From Raillietiella orientalis (lineage: Eukaryota), in assembly GCA_036172245.1 (NCBI GenBank), contig JAYWIR010000006.1, positions 2,356,001-2,420,000 of the forward strand: a DNA stretch of 64,000 bases, read 5' to 3'. Below, piece by piece: positions 12,436 to 25,420 of the stretch. A program made the position numbers and the translations under genes. The notes under the pieces are model-generated. The model made no database searches. It saw only the letters and a list, made by a program, of their open reading frames with translations, and was not told the DNA's origin. Within the stretch, counting starts at the first letter, position 1. Every line of letters starts with the position of its first letter.

Positions 12436-14949
12436 TCTCACCCCCACTCGCTGCATCCCCGAAGCGCCTGCACCGAAGAAGTTGCCGCCACGCTGCCTCA
12501 GTGGGCGCGTTCTTTGGGCTCACTGCCTGCCGAGGGGCGCGGTGGTGCTCCCTTCGTTTTCGGCGGTCCCATGGTCGCAGCGGTCCAGAGGCTAAGAGCA
12601 AGGGACTCCGTGCTGCAAGAGTCCTCCATGGCGGCCATGGCGGCTCCTAAGAAAGTCCGCGCACGTGCTGGCGCAGGACGTGAGGCCGCGTTGTCCTCCC
12701 TGACGCCTTCGTGCTCTCCCTCCAGAGCCTCCCCAACTTCCGTGAAACCTTGCACGCCGGATTGCTCTCGGGAAGGAGAACGTCAGGATGACGCACGAGA
12801 GAAGGACAGCTGGCAGTCGCGAAAAGGTAAGCAGGTCGCGGGGTGGCGGTCGCCCCCCCCGCCTTTCCTGAGATGCGGATCTCTGGAGCATTCCGGCAGC
12901 TCCAGTGGAAAGGGTCGATGCGATCTTCCAGCGCGCGAAAGCTCCGTGGAAGGATGGGGAAGCGTTGAATGGGAGCACTTGACGTCAGGCAGGTTGGGGG
13001 TCTGCGATCCGAAGAACGACGGCGTGCTCGGAGAACTCTAGTTGTTTCACCTTCGCAGAAAAGGGGAGAGCATGGTGCACGGCCAAGACCTAGCATGGCC
13101 GGGGCCCCTACTGGGCATGCAGCGTGTCGGCGAGCTTCCGGTAAGACAACCAAAGTGGGGGTGGCGGAGAGGTCCTCGAACTGTGCCCGGGGAATCTGTC
13201 AACACCTAAAAGAACCTGAAGGAGCGCTCTCTGTGAGGACGGAGTGGTTGGATGCCCGCTTGGTGACGGCTTGCCGAATTTTCTGAGTGACGGCACCTGG
13301 ATCTCTCAGTTCGTCTGGGGACCTGCTGGTCAATGGGCAGAGAGCGCCCTCTTTCCAAGTCCGAGAATGCGGAATGGATAGTCTCCAAAAACTTCATTGG
13401 CTCCTTTCCTGTCCCCTCGGAGGAGCAGATGCTTGGACATCGCTCGGTGCGCGCTTCGAAGAGGCGTCCCCAACTTCCTGTTTTGCCCTGCGCATCCTTC
13501 TCTCGCGTGTCGAGCTCCTTTGTCACGTGACTCCACGGCGTTGCCGGGTTGCCTGTCTGTCTGCCCACCTGGTAACAGCTCGGAAGAAGGCATGGAAAGC
13601 AAAGGAGAGCAAATGCAAGCGACTGCTGTTCTGCTGCTCCACTTTCGCCCCACTAGCGGAGGGGCCGAAAAACGCTGGGAAATTGGAGACCTTCCGCTCG
13701 AAGGCAGAAAGCCGGAAGGAGAGGCAGGCGGTGCATCCAATACGACAGGGTACATGGTCGGGGTCACCGAGAAACAGCGCAAGGAGCTTTCAATTAGATG
13801 ATCCCACGAACATAGGCCGTACGTACCAAGTTTGTATAACTGATGGTCGATTGTTGATGTCTTCGATCTTTGTGAACAGCGGATTTTTAACGTGCATGGT
13901 TCATCGCTGAGCGTGGCATCAAGAGAATGCTCACGACCATTTCCCAAGCGAACTGTGGCAGGATTTTCATCCCGTATGCTCCATGACGAGGGAAGAAGTC
14001 TCGGACGCTGCAGACAAAAGGCTAAACGCATTTGGATCTTGAGAAGTTCCGCCGTCACATACGAGTGCATTGGTTTGGAGATGAACAAGGAGCCAAGAAG
14101 TAGTGAGTGACCAGAGCCATGTGTGAAAGACCAAGGATGGCCTTGGAGCGTGTGAACGTGACTGCAAGCGAATGAGCGAGGCAAGAAGATGACCCGGAAG
14201 GTTACCCTCCACTCTGCTAGAGGTCTATCTGACGTGAGACATCCGCGTTCATTATGCATGCACACCGTGGTAGAGTTCTGCTGGTGCGAGGAGGTGTAGA
14301 CAAAATGAACTGTGGAAAGCAAGGGCTCACTACGTGGTCACTCGGTGCGTCTTGACCTCTGCGTTTCGGCTGATGGGCTGCACGCATGCCTACAAAGTAT
14401 GCATTCAGTAATTTCTTCAGAAGAGCGAGTCACCGGCTTCGTCTCAAGGACGTTCAGGATGCTTATGGGGAAGAGTAACTGTTCACGAGTGAACCAGACT
14501 ATTCTGGGTCCAAAGAGCGCGATTGTTTTGCGTCTGTCATTCAGCTGCTGAGAACCACTGTCGTTGCTACCACTCTGAAAGGACTGTGAGGACTGGTCAT
14601 TACGAGGACGTGGAAGCTGTTGGCTGGTAACGACAGCAGAAAGAGCAGGAAACAATGCAGCTTATTTTCATTTTTATTTTGGAACTCCAGCATTCGGCGT
14701 GCAGTGTCCCCAGCTGCTTATAGGACCAATACATTGCATCATCAGAGGGGTTTGATTTCTTTCGTCGAAGTCTTCACACGTGAACTGTGGAGTGTATACA
14801 TCAAAAACAGAGTGCTCCCACTTGCTTTCAGCAGGCACGATGCTTGCAATTCACCGCTTTTCCATCGATGCACAGCAAAAGAAGTCTCTTGGAATTCTCT
14901 GCGAATTTTCCGGGACGGCAGCAGCTTTTTCCCGATGCCAGCCTCTGAA

Positions 14950-15950
14950 CGAATCACTCGAATGGACCTCCGTCTCTGGTTCGACCGGATTCCTCATGTG
15001 AAAGCGTGGAAGCTCGAATGAGGGCTCGGTGCAGGGCCTCGAGGAATTACTCAAGGACACCGTTTCAACCCTTCCCGGGTTTTCGAAGTTGCGATCTGCT
15101 TCCGTTTGCAGATGCGCTTTTGCTTTTCCCATTAGCATAAGGAGAGGAAAATCGTAGACGGAGAGACAAGACTCACGTAGAGGAAGGGAAAACAAGCCAG
15201 AGACTCCATAAAAGTGCCCTGGAACTTCCAGAGATACCACGGTAAGGAAGGATTTCCCTTCTGAAGAGAGATTTCAATCGATCCACGTGCCACGTCTGGA
15301 GAATCGTCCACATCACAGCATGGTCTATATAGCATGGCTTCTGCGGAGAAAGGCGAGTTATCCGCGGGCTGTGACTTCGTCAAGTGTTCCGAACAGATGG
15401 CGATGAACCAACGGCCTGCCCGAAGCCGAAGACCGCATTTCCTCGTCTCATCTCGCCAGTGGGGTGTGCAATCCGGGAAATCGGTCTGTCCCGGGCTACT
15501 CGGGAGCACTCGTAGGGGTACCAGTTTCCGGTGAGCAACGACAATTCGGGTGTTCGTCCGCTCTCAGTGCAAGAGCGGAGTTTTGATGACTGAAGTAACC
15601 ACGGTGATGGAGCCACATACGATCGGATCGATGGAAACCTCCATCGTGTGTCTCATGTTGGAGTGACACTCTCGAAAAAATCTCCGCATCGGACTCCATG
15701 AAGTCTGCCGCTGTGAAGGAAGGATCCATCCTGCTGTGCTCAGTCGCTATGGAAACTGCGAGTTCAAGTAGTTTGCTTCTGGAGGGATCGCGGAGCATCG
15801 AGAGATTAGGGTTGACAATCCTGGTGAGGTGCCTACTTGTCAGAAAGCTCCTATTCTTGGAGTTTGAAGGATCGGAAATGCTCTAATGGATGGTGGACTG
15901 ATCCCGGTCCACACTTCGGATGGAAATTGGAGTTTTCATCCGGGAAAAAA
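14950..15950 (-). mobile_element. Decayed non-LTR reverse transcriptase domain
   Basis: Ordered degenerate motifs: KCGPGSVHHPLEHF (KSPGPDG.P.EF), GGFHRSDR (QxGF..GR), ISLQKGNPSLP (RQGxPLSP), YANG (YADD). Confidence 0.6.
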
Positions 15951-17323
15951 GAAGAACTTGGGAGAAATTCGAAAAAGAAGGAAGTTTCCCCCTTTCGTTG
16001 GTTTCTACGCGAGCGTCTTCCAGGAGAAAGGAGAAACGGCTCTTGATGGAGCGCTTCCTCTGGGCACACGGACCGGAAAAGTTCTTTCCCCCGAAAGGGG
16101 GGTGCGGGTTTCGCGGCTTGGAAAGCTAACTCTTGGCCTGCGGAAGCCGGAGAGGCTTCCGAATGGTCGATGGGGGGGGGGGCATGAGGCATAGAAACTG
16201 TGTCGGAGAAACCTCCCCGTCCCCGGTCCGCGCCAACGCCTCGTGCAGACTCGATAGCCAGTCGGCCGGTGCGCTCGCATCGCTCTGCGCTAGCCCACCG
16301 TCGCTGCAGCCGCTACGGCGGATCAGAAGGAACGGGGCTCTTCGGGGAACGCTGGAGGGTCGCCTGAATGAACGAGCCACTTCTCCAGGGTCAAACGAAG
16401 GGAGGGCTGCTTTCCTCCGCATTTTCCGCCCTCACCTTCAGGCGTTCAGCTGACCCACTGCACGGAGAGGCTGGGAAGAAAAGAGATGCTTCCGGTGATG
16501 TGCTCCTCCGAGGCCCTCGCAACGCCAAACTCGTTTTTCTTCCCCTACTCCTCATCCCCATCATCTTGCCCTCTTCGCGGAGCTTTGCTCTCGTCATTCC
16601 CCAGAGGAGCCTTCGGGTGGCTGCTTAGCGAGGGGTCGCGGGGAGTTCTCCTGCTCTCCGTCGCAGAGAGTCACGAGCCTCTCGTAAGAAAGGCAGCAGC
16701 CCGGATGGTCGAAGACGGCCCGCTCGCCCCATCCATTGAGGACTCAGGGTCTCTGAGCCGAGCGGAAGCTCCTGGACCTCCCCAAGACAAGCGAGCACTG
16801 CTGGAGTCCCGCCTTCCTCCTCCCACACCTCCGTCCACGGCGAACCTCCCTCTCGAAAGGCTCCCCTGCCTCTGTCGGAGACCACCCGACAGAGGAAGGG
16901 GCGCGCTGTGCCGAGTGGCTCGCGGGACGTCTGAGCTCGTTCCGACCCTGTTGCCGGCGAGCTCCTTCCTCCACACAAGAAGCCCACGGCCCCTGGGACC
17001 CCCAGAGGCGTTTGTTCCTCCTCACGCAAGGGCCACCTCGCTCCACTCTCAACGGGGAGTGCTGCTCAGCAGTATACCGGGACTGACCCCCTGACCGCAG
17101 CCTCCGCATCTCGGAAAGACAAGAAGCGACCTCCTCGGTCTGCGAGGAGCGGAGGGGATAGCTCCAGGAGTTTCTCCTTGTGCAGGATTGCACCCCGGCT
17201 CCTAGACTTGGATCAACAGGGCGTGCGTGCGTGTTGGGAGAGAGGGAGGGGGAAGGAAGGCGAGGCAAACTCCTTTCTTGTTGGTAAAAGACGACCCGAA
17301 CCAGCTGGGTGAAAAGACTTGGT

Positions 17324-17640
17324 TTATCACCCAGTCACGCAAGGACGTTTATTACAAAAAATAATAAGCATACATGCGTAGGACCGATGGCCCTACATCG
17401 TCGGAAAATGTGCCCTTTTCTGCTGGATGATCTTCAGGGAAAAGGACATCACTCGCAGGGCTTTACACCTGGCAGGCTAGTAGTCACGGTGACTCCCTTG
17501 CCGTGCTCTGAGCGTCCCGTCTGGAATAGGGTCTCGGAGCAAACGAGAATGAAGCTCCCGGATGTACACGCTTCGGCTGTACATATACTAACATTGGAAC
17601 GATACAGAGAAGATTAGCATTACCCCTGAGCAAGGATGAC
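17324..17640 (-). mobile_element. 3' terminus of Tx1/L1-like LINE
   Basis: GGTTTATCACCCAGTCACGCAAGGACGTTTATTACAAAAAATAA...GTAGG..CCTACATCGTC aligns with 57096-57185. Confidence 0.7.
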
Positions 17641-17904
17641 ACGCAAAATCGTGAAGCGTTCCCGGAAGTTAGTACCTCGAGGACCTCGGATGATCCTATT
17701 GTCTCCCCCCGCTCCCCGAGCCTCCTCCCGTGGCAACCTCGTGACCATGCGAGCTCGAAGCAAGCGTCACCTTTGTAGCCTGAGGGAAATGCGCGAAGCG
17801 GGGCATCGGATCCGGGACGGAGCCCCGGATTCGCGGAACGAAGGGAAAAATTCGTGATCCTTCCGTTTTTAGGGAGACTCCGCTCATGATGAAGACGACG
17901 ACTG

Positions 17905-18300
17905 TGAAGAGGAGGAGGAGGAAGGGAGAGGAAGAGAAAGAAAGGAAGAGGAAGAAAGAGGGAAGAGGAAAAGAGGAGGAATGGAGGAGGAGAAGGGATG
18001 AAGGAAAAGAAAGAAGGGTGGAGGAATGAAAGAGGAACGCAAGACGGAGAGGGGAGGAAAGGAGGAGGAGAAAGGATATATCAGCAATCGGGAACGAAGC
18101 ACCCTTCGGGATGAGGGTGGAGTCGCCCTGAACCTTGATTTGTGGGAACGCCCCACACCCGACACTACATCCTGCAACAGGGAGCGAAGGAAAAGCGACA
18201 AGGACGGATACATCTCGGTGTTTAGGGAGGGATGCGTCTCCTCTTTGGTTTACGGAACGGAGAAGTTTCAAAGCATGTCTTTTCGGGGAGGGAGCTGTTT
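17905..18300 (+). repeat. Repeat family B (polypurine tract plus ~170-bp core), copy 1
   Basis: Core TCAGCAATCGGGAACGAAGCACCCTTCGGGATGAGGG...GCCCTGAACCTTGATTT...CCCACACCCGACAC recurs at 19.1 kb (+) and 28.0 kb (-). Confidence 0.9.
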
Positions 18301-19099
18301 ATCTGCAGGACTTTAGAAAGGGAGGATCGGGATGATGGCTAACGTCGAGAGTGCAAGCGGTTCTGAAGGTGGAGGCGGCCGGATTCTGCAGCTAAGCGAC
18401 TTCTGAGCGATGACTTTTTCTTGTGGCTGAGCGGACCAAGTGCAGGTGAGCACTCATTCAGCCTCAGGGCTCCTTCAGTCTGATTCCAGAGGAAGGCGGG
18501 AAGTGGGAACTGAGGACCCCACACATCAGGCGCCTCTGAGGACGGAGTCCTCTCTTTCGAGGAAGAACTCAGTCTCAAAAGGCGAGCTGCTGCTCCAGCA
18601 GACCATGCGGAAGCCAACATCCTGTTAGTTCCATGGCGGGGACGCCATTCCGGGTCCCAAGTTTTACCGGCTTTCTGAAACCGCCGATAGAAGTCGCTTC
18701 TTTCTGGTTCAGAAGAAAAAGAGGAAGTAGGGGAGTTGTGGCCCGCCACCGTGTTCTCCTGCGCTGCCACCGCTGCTTTTGAGTCCTTCAGGAGAGGAGT
18801 TCCCGGCTCTTCCTTGTTACGCTCCCGGTGAATGGTCTGGACGGAAGCAGAAAACGCTTTCTTTCCTGCGGTCCGGCGACGCTCCCATCCGTTCTCATCG
18901 CAGGGGAACGGAGACTCCTTCCTCCAAGGATATTCCCTTGGACCCTGAGGAGGCTGCGTCCATCTTCTTTCTAGACTTCTTCTCCTTGGCTGCAGACGGC
19001 GCCTTCTCGCCCTCCTTCAGCCTAGGGGAACTTTCTCATCGTCGCCTATCGCGCGCCCGATTGCTCCCGAAAGGTTCGCTGTCAGCCATGCTCCTTCAG

Positions 19100-19255
19100 G
19101 TAGAAGGAGAAAGGATCTGTCAGCAATCGGGAACGAAGCACTCTTCGGGATGAAGGATAACCGCCCTGAACCTTGATTTCTGGAAACGCCCCCTTACGAC
19201 ATCATGTCCTGAAACGGAGCGGGGGAAAAGCGAGAAGGACGGACACATCTCGCCT
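19100..19255 (+). repeat. Repeat family B, core-only copy 2
   Basis: TCAGCAATCGGGAACGAAGCACTCTTCGGGATGAAGG..CGCCCTGAACCTTGATTTCTGG. Confidence 0.85.
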
Positions 19256-19509
19256 TCTGTCCTTCAGGAACCTCCCCTGCGTCCGCTTCGTAGTTTTCGT
19301 CCGCGGAGCGACTTAAATCCAGGAGCCACCTCCCTCCCTCTGACTTCTCGAACGTTCCAGGGGATCTCCATCCCAGCTCGGCAATCGGCCAAATAGGTCC
19401 AGTGGAACAGGACCGCCGAGCGATTTTTTTTCCCCTTTTTTTGCTTCGCTTAGTGCTGAAGACCAGGGGCTCACAAAGCTCCTGAAGCACCGTCCACGCC
19501 ACCTGAGGG

Positions 19510-20162
19510 TGCGTGTCAACTCTTCAAGTTATAAGGGGTACCTCGGAGGGATCAACTCACGAATCCAGGGAGGCTTTGGTGAAAGGAGTCCGTTCTTCTT
19601 ACCCTTCGGAGGGAATCACGATAGAAACCTCCCTCTTATTACTTCCGGAGGGACCCCCATCATTTCTTCTCCGGAGTAAACCCGAAAAGGATGCGTTCCT
19701 TGCTTCCTCCTCTGAAGAGAACCCTGGAGGGCCGCTTCCCTTTTTATTTAAAGGGTACTCCGCAAAGGAAACAGGCAACCCTCCGAGGGAGGTATCATCC
19801 ATGGTACGCGATGAAAGTCTCCCACCATCTCCCCAGAGAAAGGGACAGGCTCCATTTTCACAACCGGAGGAGAATCCCGAAGAGGAGCGGCTCTTTGGTT
19901 CCGGAAAGGATCCAGGAGGATTAACTTCCAATTCCGGTCAGCCAACGGGGGCATCCGGTTTCCGGCTTCCACCGATGCGGTACCCGAATCCTATCGACCA
20001 GCCAACCAGCGTCGTCCTGAGAAGGAGAGGGAGGAAGGGAATCGAAACCCACGACGCAACCATTTCTCTGGTGTCAGTCCTTCCCTGGGCGGGATTCGAA
20101 CCCGCAACGCTGAGTTTCAAGCGTGGAGGCCGCCGCAGCCACACGGCCGGCCAACGTGGGCT
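19510..20162 (-). mobile_element. SINE family A, near full length, tRNA-derived head
   Basis: Minus-strand B-box GGTTCGAATCC (20092-20102) in a GCGGG/CCCGC T-arm, a second B-box-like GGGTTTCGATTCCC (20037-20050), and a body shared with three other copies. Confidence 0.85.
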
Positions 20163-20199
20163 GGCATTCCACCCCAATCCAGAATCGCTCTGAATTGGG

Positions 20200-23100
20200 G
20201 TGGAAATTTCCTCTCTACTCTCACTGAGCACCTGCTTACTGCCCGGAGGAATTAATTCGAGGCCATCGAGCAGAGTAGCGTCCGTTCCAGGGCTCTGGGA
20301 TCAGGAGCTTCCCTCCTGCAGAGTCCACAGGAGCACGCGGGAGCGCGCAGGGGCAATCTGACCTTCGATTGTTGCTTCCAAGTTCCCCAACTCAGCAGCT
20401 ACAGATGCGCGGATTCTGATGGGAGCCGCAGCTCTAACCATAGGAAGATGGCGGACAGGCGACCTTTTCTGGATCCAAGAGAAGACGAGATAAATTTTCC
20501 GAAAGTGCGCTTCCCCCCAACACTGCTATTTTCCCCATTCATCTCCCACAGACGCGTTTCGCGCCGAGATCATCGTGATTTATCGCAGCCACTTTGCATC
20601 CAGATCTCTGCGCACGGAGACGGAGAAGCCGCCTATTTACAGACACCACCCGTGAAGGCTGTTTGACAACGAGGACGAGTTCGTCAGTGAAATGCAAAGA
20701 GCGGGCACTGTCTCAAGGACTTTTCCTTCCGAGTCTCCGAAGGAGGAAAAGAAGGGGCTCCAGCGCGAAGGTGGGCAAGGCGGACGAATACTTGCCCCTG
20801 CGGTTTCAGAGAACCTTCCTTCGGGGAGATGATGCCTGGCGTCTCGCGACCTCTCACGAGTCTCCATTTCGATATCGATCCACAGCCCTCTCCCTCGAAA
20901 CTTTGGACTTCCTCATTCGGAGATAAGCCGCAAAGTTTTCCTCAGCATCCCGACCTCCCTGAGCCTCGGCGATCTCGGAATTCCGCGCTATCCCTCCCCC
21001 CCGCAACACTGATAGCGCGATGCGAACCATCAGACGCCCCAAGGAACCAGCCAATTGCGATCGAGGGGAGGGCATGGATGAGGTACGGTGAAGCGAGGCT
21101 CGTCCCTCGGACTCCTATAGCATGGGGCACTCACTACGAGTGAAGGGGGAGAGACAGGAGCGCTGACCGGATCGCTCTCTTCTGGTGAGCACCAGAGCCA
21201 TCGTTAACCCGCTTTCTGAAACTTACTCCCCTCCTCGGTCTACGCATCATCTCATCATTTATGAGATTTCTTCGTCTCTCTTTCCACACTTTACGATTCT
21301 CCTCCCTCCACTTAATGCTCCAGGGTGAGCGACTGAACGGAAGCAACTCTTCGAGTGCGGCTTCGCAGCGTGACGTCAGCGTTCTCGAGCAGCACGGCAC
21401 CCAATAATGCCATCCCTAACAATCCCAACAATCCCATCTAAAAATAGGCTCTGGGAAGAAGCCCGCCTCGAGTGTAGCTTTGCGCCGAATAGGAGCGAGG
21501 CCGGAGCTGGGCCGGTTTTAAGCAGCTCACTCTATAGGAGTGCTCACTGTCTCCGCCGGCACGTCTCTCTTGCATATGACTTTCTCTACTGATACCCCTA
21601 GGGAGATAAAGGATCCTAGGCGTAGCTAGAATGAACCAAATACTCTTCTTCGTCAGCAGAGATCCAGCAAGTCTCCTACCTCGAACCTTCCACCATCCCA
21701 CAAGTCTCACACCTTCAGGAGAGAGAGCGGGGAAGAAGAGGAGGAAGAAAAGAAACAGGAGAGATCTCCTTTACTCCGAGACATGGCTAAAGAGATCCTT
21801 CCCTCAGGGGGGAAAGCGATTCGGCGAAAAGCAAAGAGGACCCGCCGAAGAACGCAAACGGGCCTTGTTGCGGAGATCTCCCGAAGAGGTCATCTGCAGA
21901 AGCGGTGGCTCCGACTGCCGTAGGAAACAACAGGAGAGAACCCGTCTGAGGAAGCTCACGCAGCGACTGTGATGTGACGGGGTTACGGGGTGGTGCTGTG
22001 TGGCACGCCGTCCAGCAAGGCGGTCAGCGGGCCGGGATCCGTGACGGCCGCGCGCCCTGGAAACCATCCCCATCCTCTCCTTCGCGCCTGAATTTCCCCC
22101 TTCCCCCGTACGCGTTCATGCGCGAATCCACGGCGAACCATGGTCCTGTGCATCTGGCCGCAAGTGGGATCGCAGTTCATCTCGGAACGGATGCTGCCAG
22201 CTACTTGGCGGTTGCAGGCGCTGGCGTCCGAAGCTGGTCTCAGCGGGAAGCATGCCATCCCGGCTATGGAATTGAGTGTTCTCAGGACTCGTTCCCCTTC
22301 TCGATACGTCGTCCAGAGGGAGAATTGCTGTGATGACTGATATCAGGGGCAGTCAGACGTGCGGCCCTGGGTTTTGGAAGGGCGGCTTCGGAACGCTGCT
22401 GCTCGACCTGCGGTCGTGGTGGCTGGCTCTGCCGACGGGCGCCGCGGCGTGATGATGATCACCTGTTCCTCGCCCACTCCGAGATCACGTGGGAGCGCAG
22501 TTGACGAGCTGAGGGGCGTGTGCAGTGCAGACTGGTTGGATCCGTCCCGCTTTCGCATGCGGACTCCATTCTCACCCGCTTGGACCTCAGCATCCGACAA
22601 TGGAAAATCCTTGTCATCACCCAAAGGCGCGGACTTCAGTTGCCCCGCTTTCGGCTTCACCTCAGTGGACCAACCACCACTTACCTTCCACGTAAGAAAA
22701 ACACAAGGAAGTCGCTCAATCGATGCTCTGCAACCAGCCAAACTGGGACGATGCTGTTTGTCCATGCGACCCCGCGTTCAGCCCCAAGAAACTAGGGGGA
22801 GTCATCCGTCACCCTTGCCACCTTCCCACACCATGAACTTTCACACCTGCTTCGGCAGGGAAAGGCGGAGGAGTCTGGAAGTTCATAGAGTGGGGATGCC
22901 TCTGAACCTGAGGCCTAGCGTGGACGAGGAGCAAAGCCGGAGGATCATCCTTTTGCTTCCGGGAATTTCGGAAGATTGCAGGAGCCGTAAATGCCTGCGG
23001 CCAGTTCCGACGAACCGGTAACCGCCTGTTGCTCGTGTTCCCTCCCCCTACGCCCCCTCATCGGGGAAGGCGCTGCTTGCCGAGGGAAGATCTCTAGGAG

Positions 23101-24200
23101 ACAGAAGAGCTCTGCCGGCGGGGCATCGGCAACGGAAGGTCCTCCAGGTGGAGCTGGGAATCCAGCATCTTCCTTGTCTTTTTTCCGGGGTTCCTCTTGT
23201 CGGTCCCTTTATCCTCTTACGGCACCGCAGAAGCTCTCCTCCTGGGATTGCCTCGACCGTTCCCAGCCCCGAGCGGATACGGGGATTTCTAGGCAGTCTC
23301 CCTGGAAACCCAGCCGCTCACTTTGGTCCTTCCTAGGGATGAATGTCGGTTTTTCGTTCCCTCTGAATTCGACAGTGGACCCACCTCTCCTCGTCATTCT
23401 TCCGAGGGATAGCCAGAGGTCAGCACCCGAGATGCAGCCCTTCCTGGTTTTTTAGGATGTCGCCGCTTGTGGCCCCCTCCTTGCCCCTCCCTCAGCATCA
23501 CGCGCTCCCTGGACATGTCCGCAGAACGATGTTTCTGGAAGCGCAAAGTCCACAGGACCTTCTGCTTCCTCGCACACAAGACCTCGGACAGGATTTCCGC
23601 AGCTCCGGTGACGTTGGACCACAAAGAACAGCAAGGGATGGGTCGCCATTGAGACTCGGTGACACACGAGATTGACCGACTTCTCGGTCGCCGGGGAGTC
23701 TCGACATACAACCTCCCTCCTTTGTGTGTCGCTCCCGACTGTTTTTGTGTTTCGAGATTCTTCTCTGGAGGTTCCTCCTTCCCTTCGAATTCAGCGGGGA
23801 TGGGCGACTCGGCGAGGGTGATCCTGTGGAGTGTGGGATCCACTCTGTAGTCGGTCGCGAAGAGTCGGGTCCTTTGCACGGTAGCCTCCTTAGTGATTCT
23901 CCCACTCCTGCCTTGAAGCAGAAAACGGGAGCCCCCGCCTAGCCCGCTGGCTGTTGTCGCCACTCTCTCATGGGGAAGACCTCGCTAGGTCCAGGGGACG
24001 TGGGGTGGGGCATGCAATCCTTCGGGTGCTTCCTGCGGAGGTGCTGCAAGGCACGAAGCAGTCGCGGGTTGGCCGGAGAGGCCCCTGCCCGGGTGTCCGC
24101 GACGCGGAGACTGCGCCAGCTGGAACCACCTCCAGGGAAACCCTTTTCTCCTCTGCCCTTCCCCCTCGGCAAGGAGCTCCGCTCGCTGTCCCGACCCTAG
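20200..24200 (-). mobile_element. Decayed Tx1/L1-like LINE: putative ORF1, APE, linker and RT N-half
   Basis: In order: VFLTWKVSG (TWNVRG, ~22.7 kb), GWWKV..SLL (WKLN.SLL, ~21.7 kb), IHALPSI..GASDG (SPGPDG, ~21.05 kb), ISKWRLV (WRPI), IEGQIAP..LQEG (motif 4, ~20.3 kb). The ORF1 part above 22.75 kb is assigned by position only. Confidence 0.6.
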
Positions 24201-24689
24201 AGTAGGGTTCCCCAACAACAGTAGGAAACGGTCCTTTCCTTCCTTCCTCTTCAGAGTGGAAAATGCCCATTCTTCAGCGTCAGTCTATCTCTGTAGCTGC
24301 ACCCATTTAATATCCCCTTTTCTCATCCCATGTCATCCCACCCTTCACCTCCTAGCCCCCTCATCTTCTTGCTGCTGTCTTACAAGGATGTCTTCCTTCT
24401 TTCCAGTTCCAAAGGCATCTAGTGAGGTTGCAGGGATAGAGCACATTTTGCCACCAGCTCTGAAGAAAAAGAAACTCCTTGAAAGAAGCGAAGGTTTCGC
24501 TCCTTCGTAGGGTTCGTTCCTTTCTCCCTTCCCTTCATCTTCCTCTCCTTCCTTCTCTCTTCCTCCTCTCCCCGTTCGACCGGCTCTTCTTTTCTCCCAG
24601 GATCCATCGCCTTCCTCCTGGGCTCCCGGACAACGTGGGAACTCTCTGTTGTTTCCGCCCGCCTGTGTTTGTGCCGTGAGGAGCACCTC

Positions 24690-25420
24690 GGTCTTGGGTC
24701 GCGCCGGTAACGCTGGCTCCTCCCGGCTGTTACGCGAGCGGTCCAGCCAGCACGCTCATTCAGCACAGGCACGGCTGTGCGGGAGACCTCTCGTCGTCGC
24801 TGGAGCAGCCCGGTTGTGAGGCAGGTTCTCATGTCCATGCCGCAGGCTCGGCGCGAGGGCTACAACCCCGCTGCGGCGGCCAGAAGTTTTTCCCGAGCGA
24901 AGCAGCGGGTCCCGCGCCAGACCTTCGAGGTCGCCTTGGCTGCAGGAGGAGCGCTGTGGCAAAGCGTCGTCTAGCAGCGGAGTGAGAGGGTGGACTGCTG
25001 CCTGCCTGCTTCCCCCCAGGGCCTCTTCTGCTCGTCTGGCTGCGCCGAGGTTCGCTTGAGCGAGTGAGTCCTGTGCGGAGGCAGTGCCACCCCGTGCTTC
25101 CACTATGGGGTTGGGGTGAGAACCACCCCGTCTCTACAGCGGAGAGCCGGAAGACTTTTTCTGCGACGCCTCACCGAGAGAACGTCTGGCATCTCCCCGA
25201 TGGTTTTGCTAGCGCGCCCCAGGCATCCGGCGGCGCTGGAGGGTGGCCATCGCCGCAATCGCCATCACAAGCTCCAGACTGTTCCCACCTAAGGAAAGGC
25301 GAAAGGGGACGCCTGCTAGGAATGCAGTCTCGTGGTTCCCCAGGATTGAAGCGTCGACAAATAGGCCGGAAGGGGCAGTGGCGCACGCGTCCCAAATAAA
25401 AGCGGTTCCATCGGGTACCT
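24690..25420 (-). mobile_element. Decayed LINE ORF2 post-RT fragment
   Basis: SGLFVD..ILG and EEALGG (GGLG-like); CGCGCCGGTAACG resembles CGCGCCAGTAACG in the 57.67 kb copy. Confidence 0.4.

Noticed and set aside
14100..14720. LTR-retrotransposon integrase remnant (VSADG..SRVNQTIL..NSS..SP)
   Set aside because: The catalytic Glu is missing and there are no flanking LTR, RT or RNase H motifs; too weak to call
18100..18135. Hammerhead ribozyme in the family B core (GATGA-stem-GAAC)
   Set aside because: The catalytic CUGANGA and GAAA boxes are not intact in any of the three copies
20075..20162. Genuine tRNA gene (also 30641-30726 and 49805-49850)
   Set aside because: Only the T-arm/B-box is good, the D and anticodon arms are degenerate, and each is attached to a repeat body, so these are SINE heads
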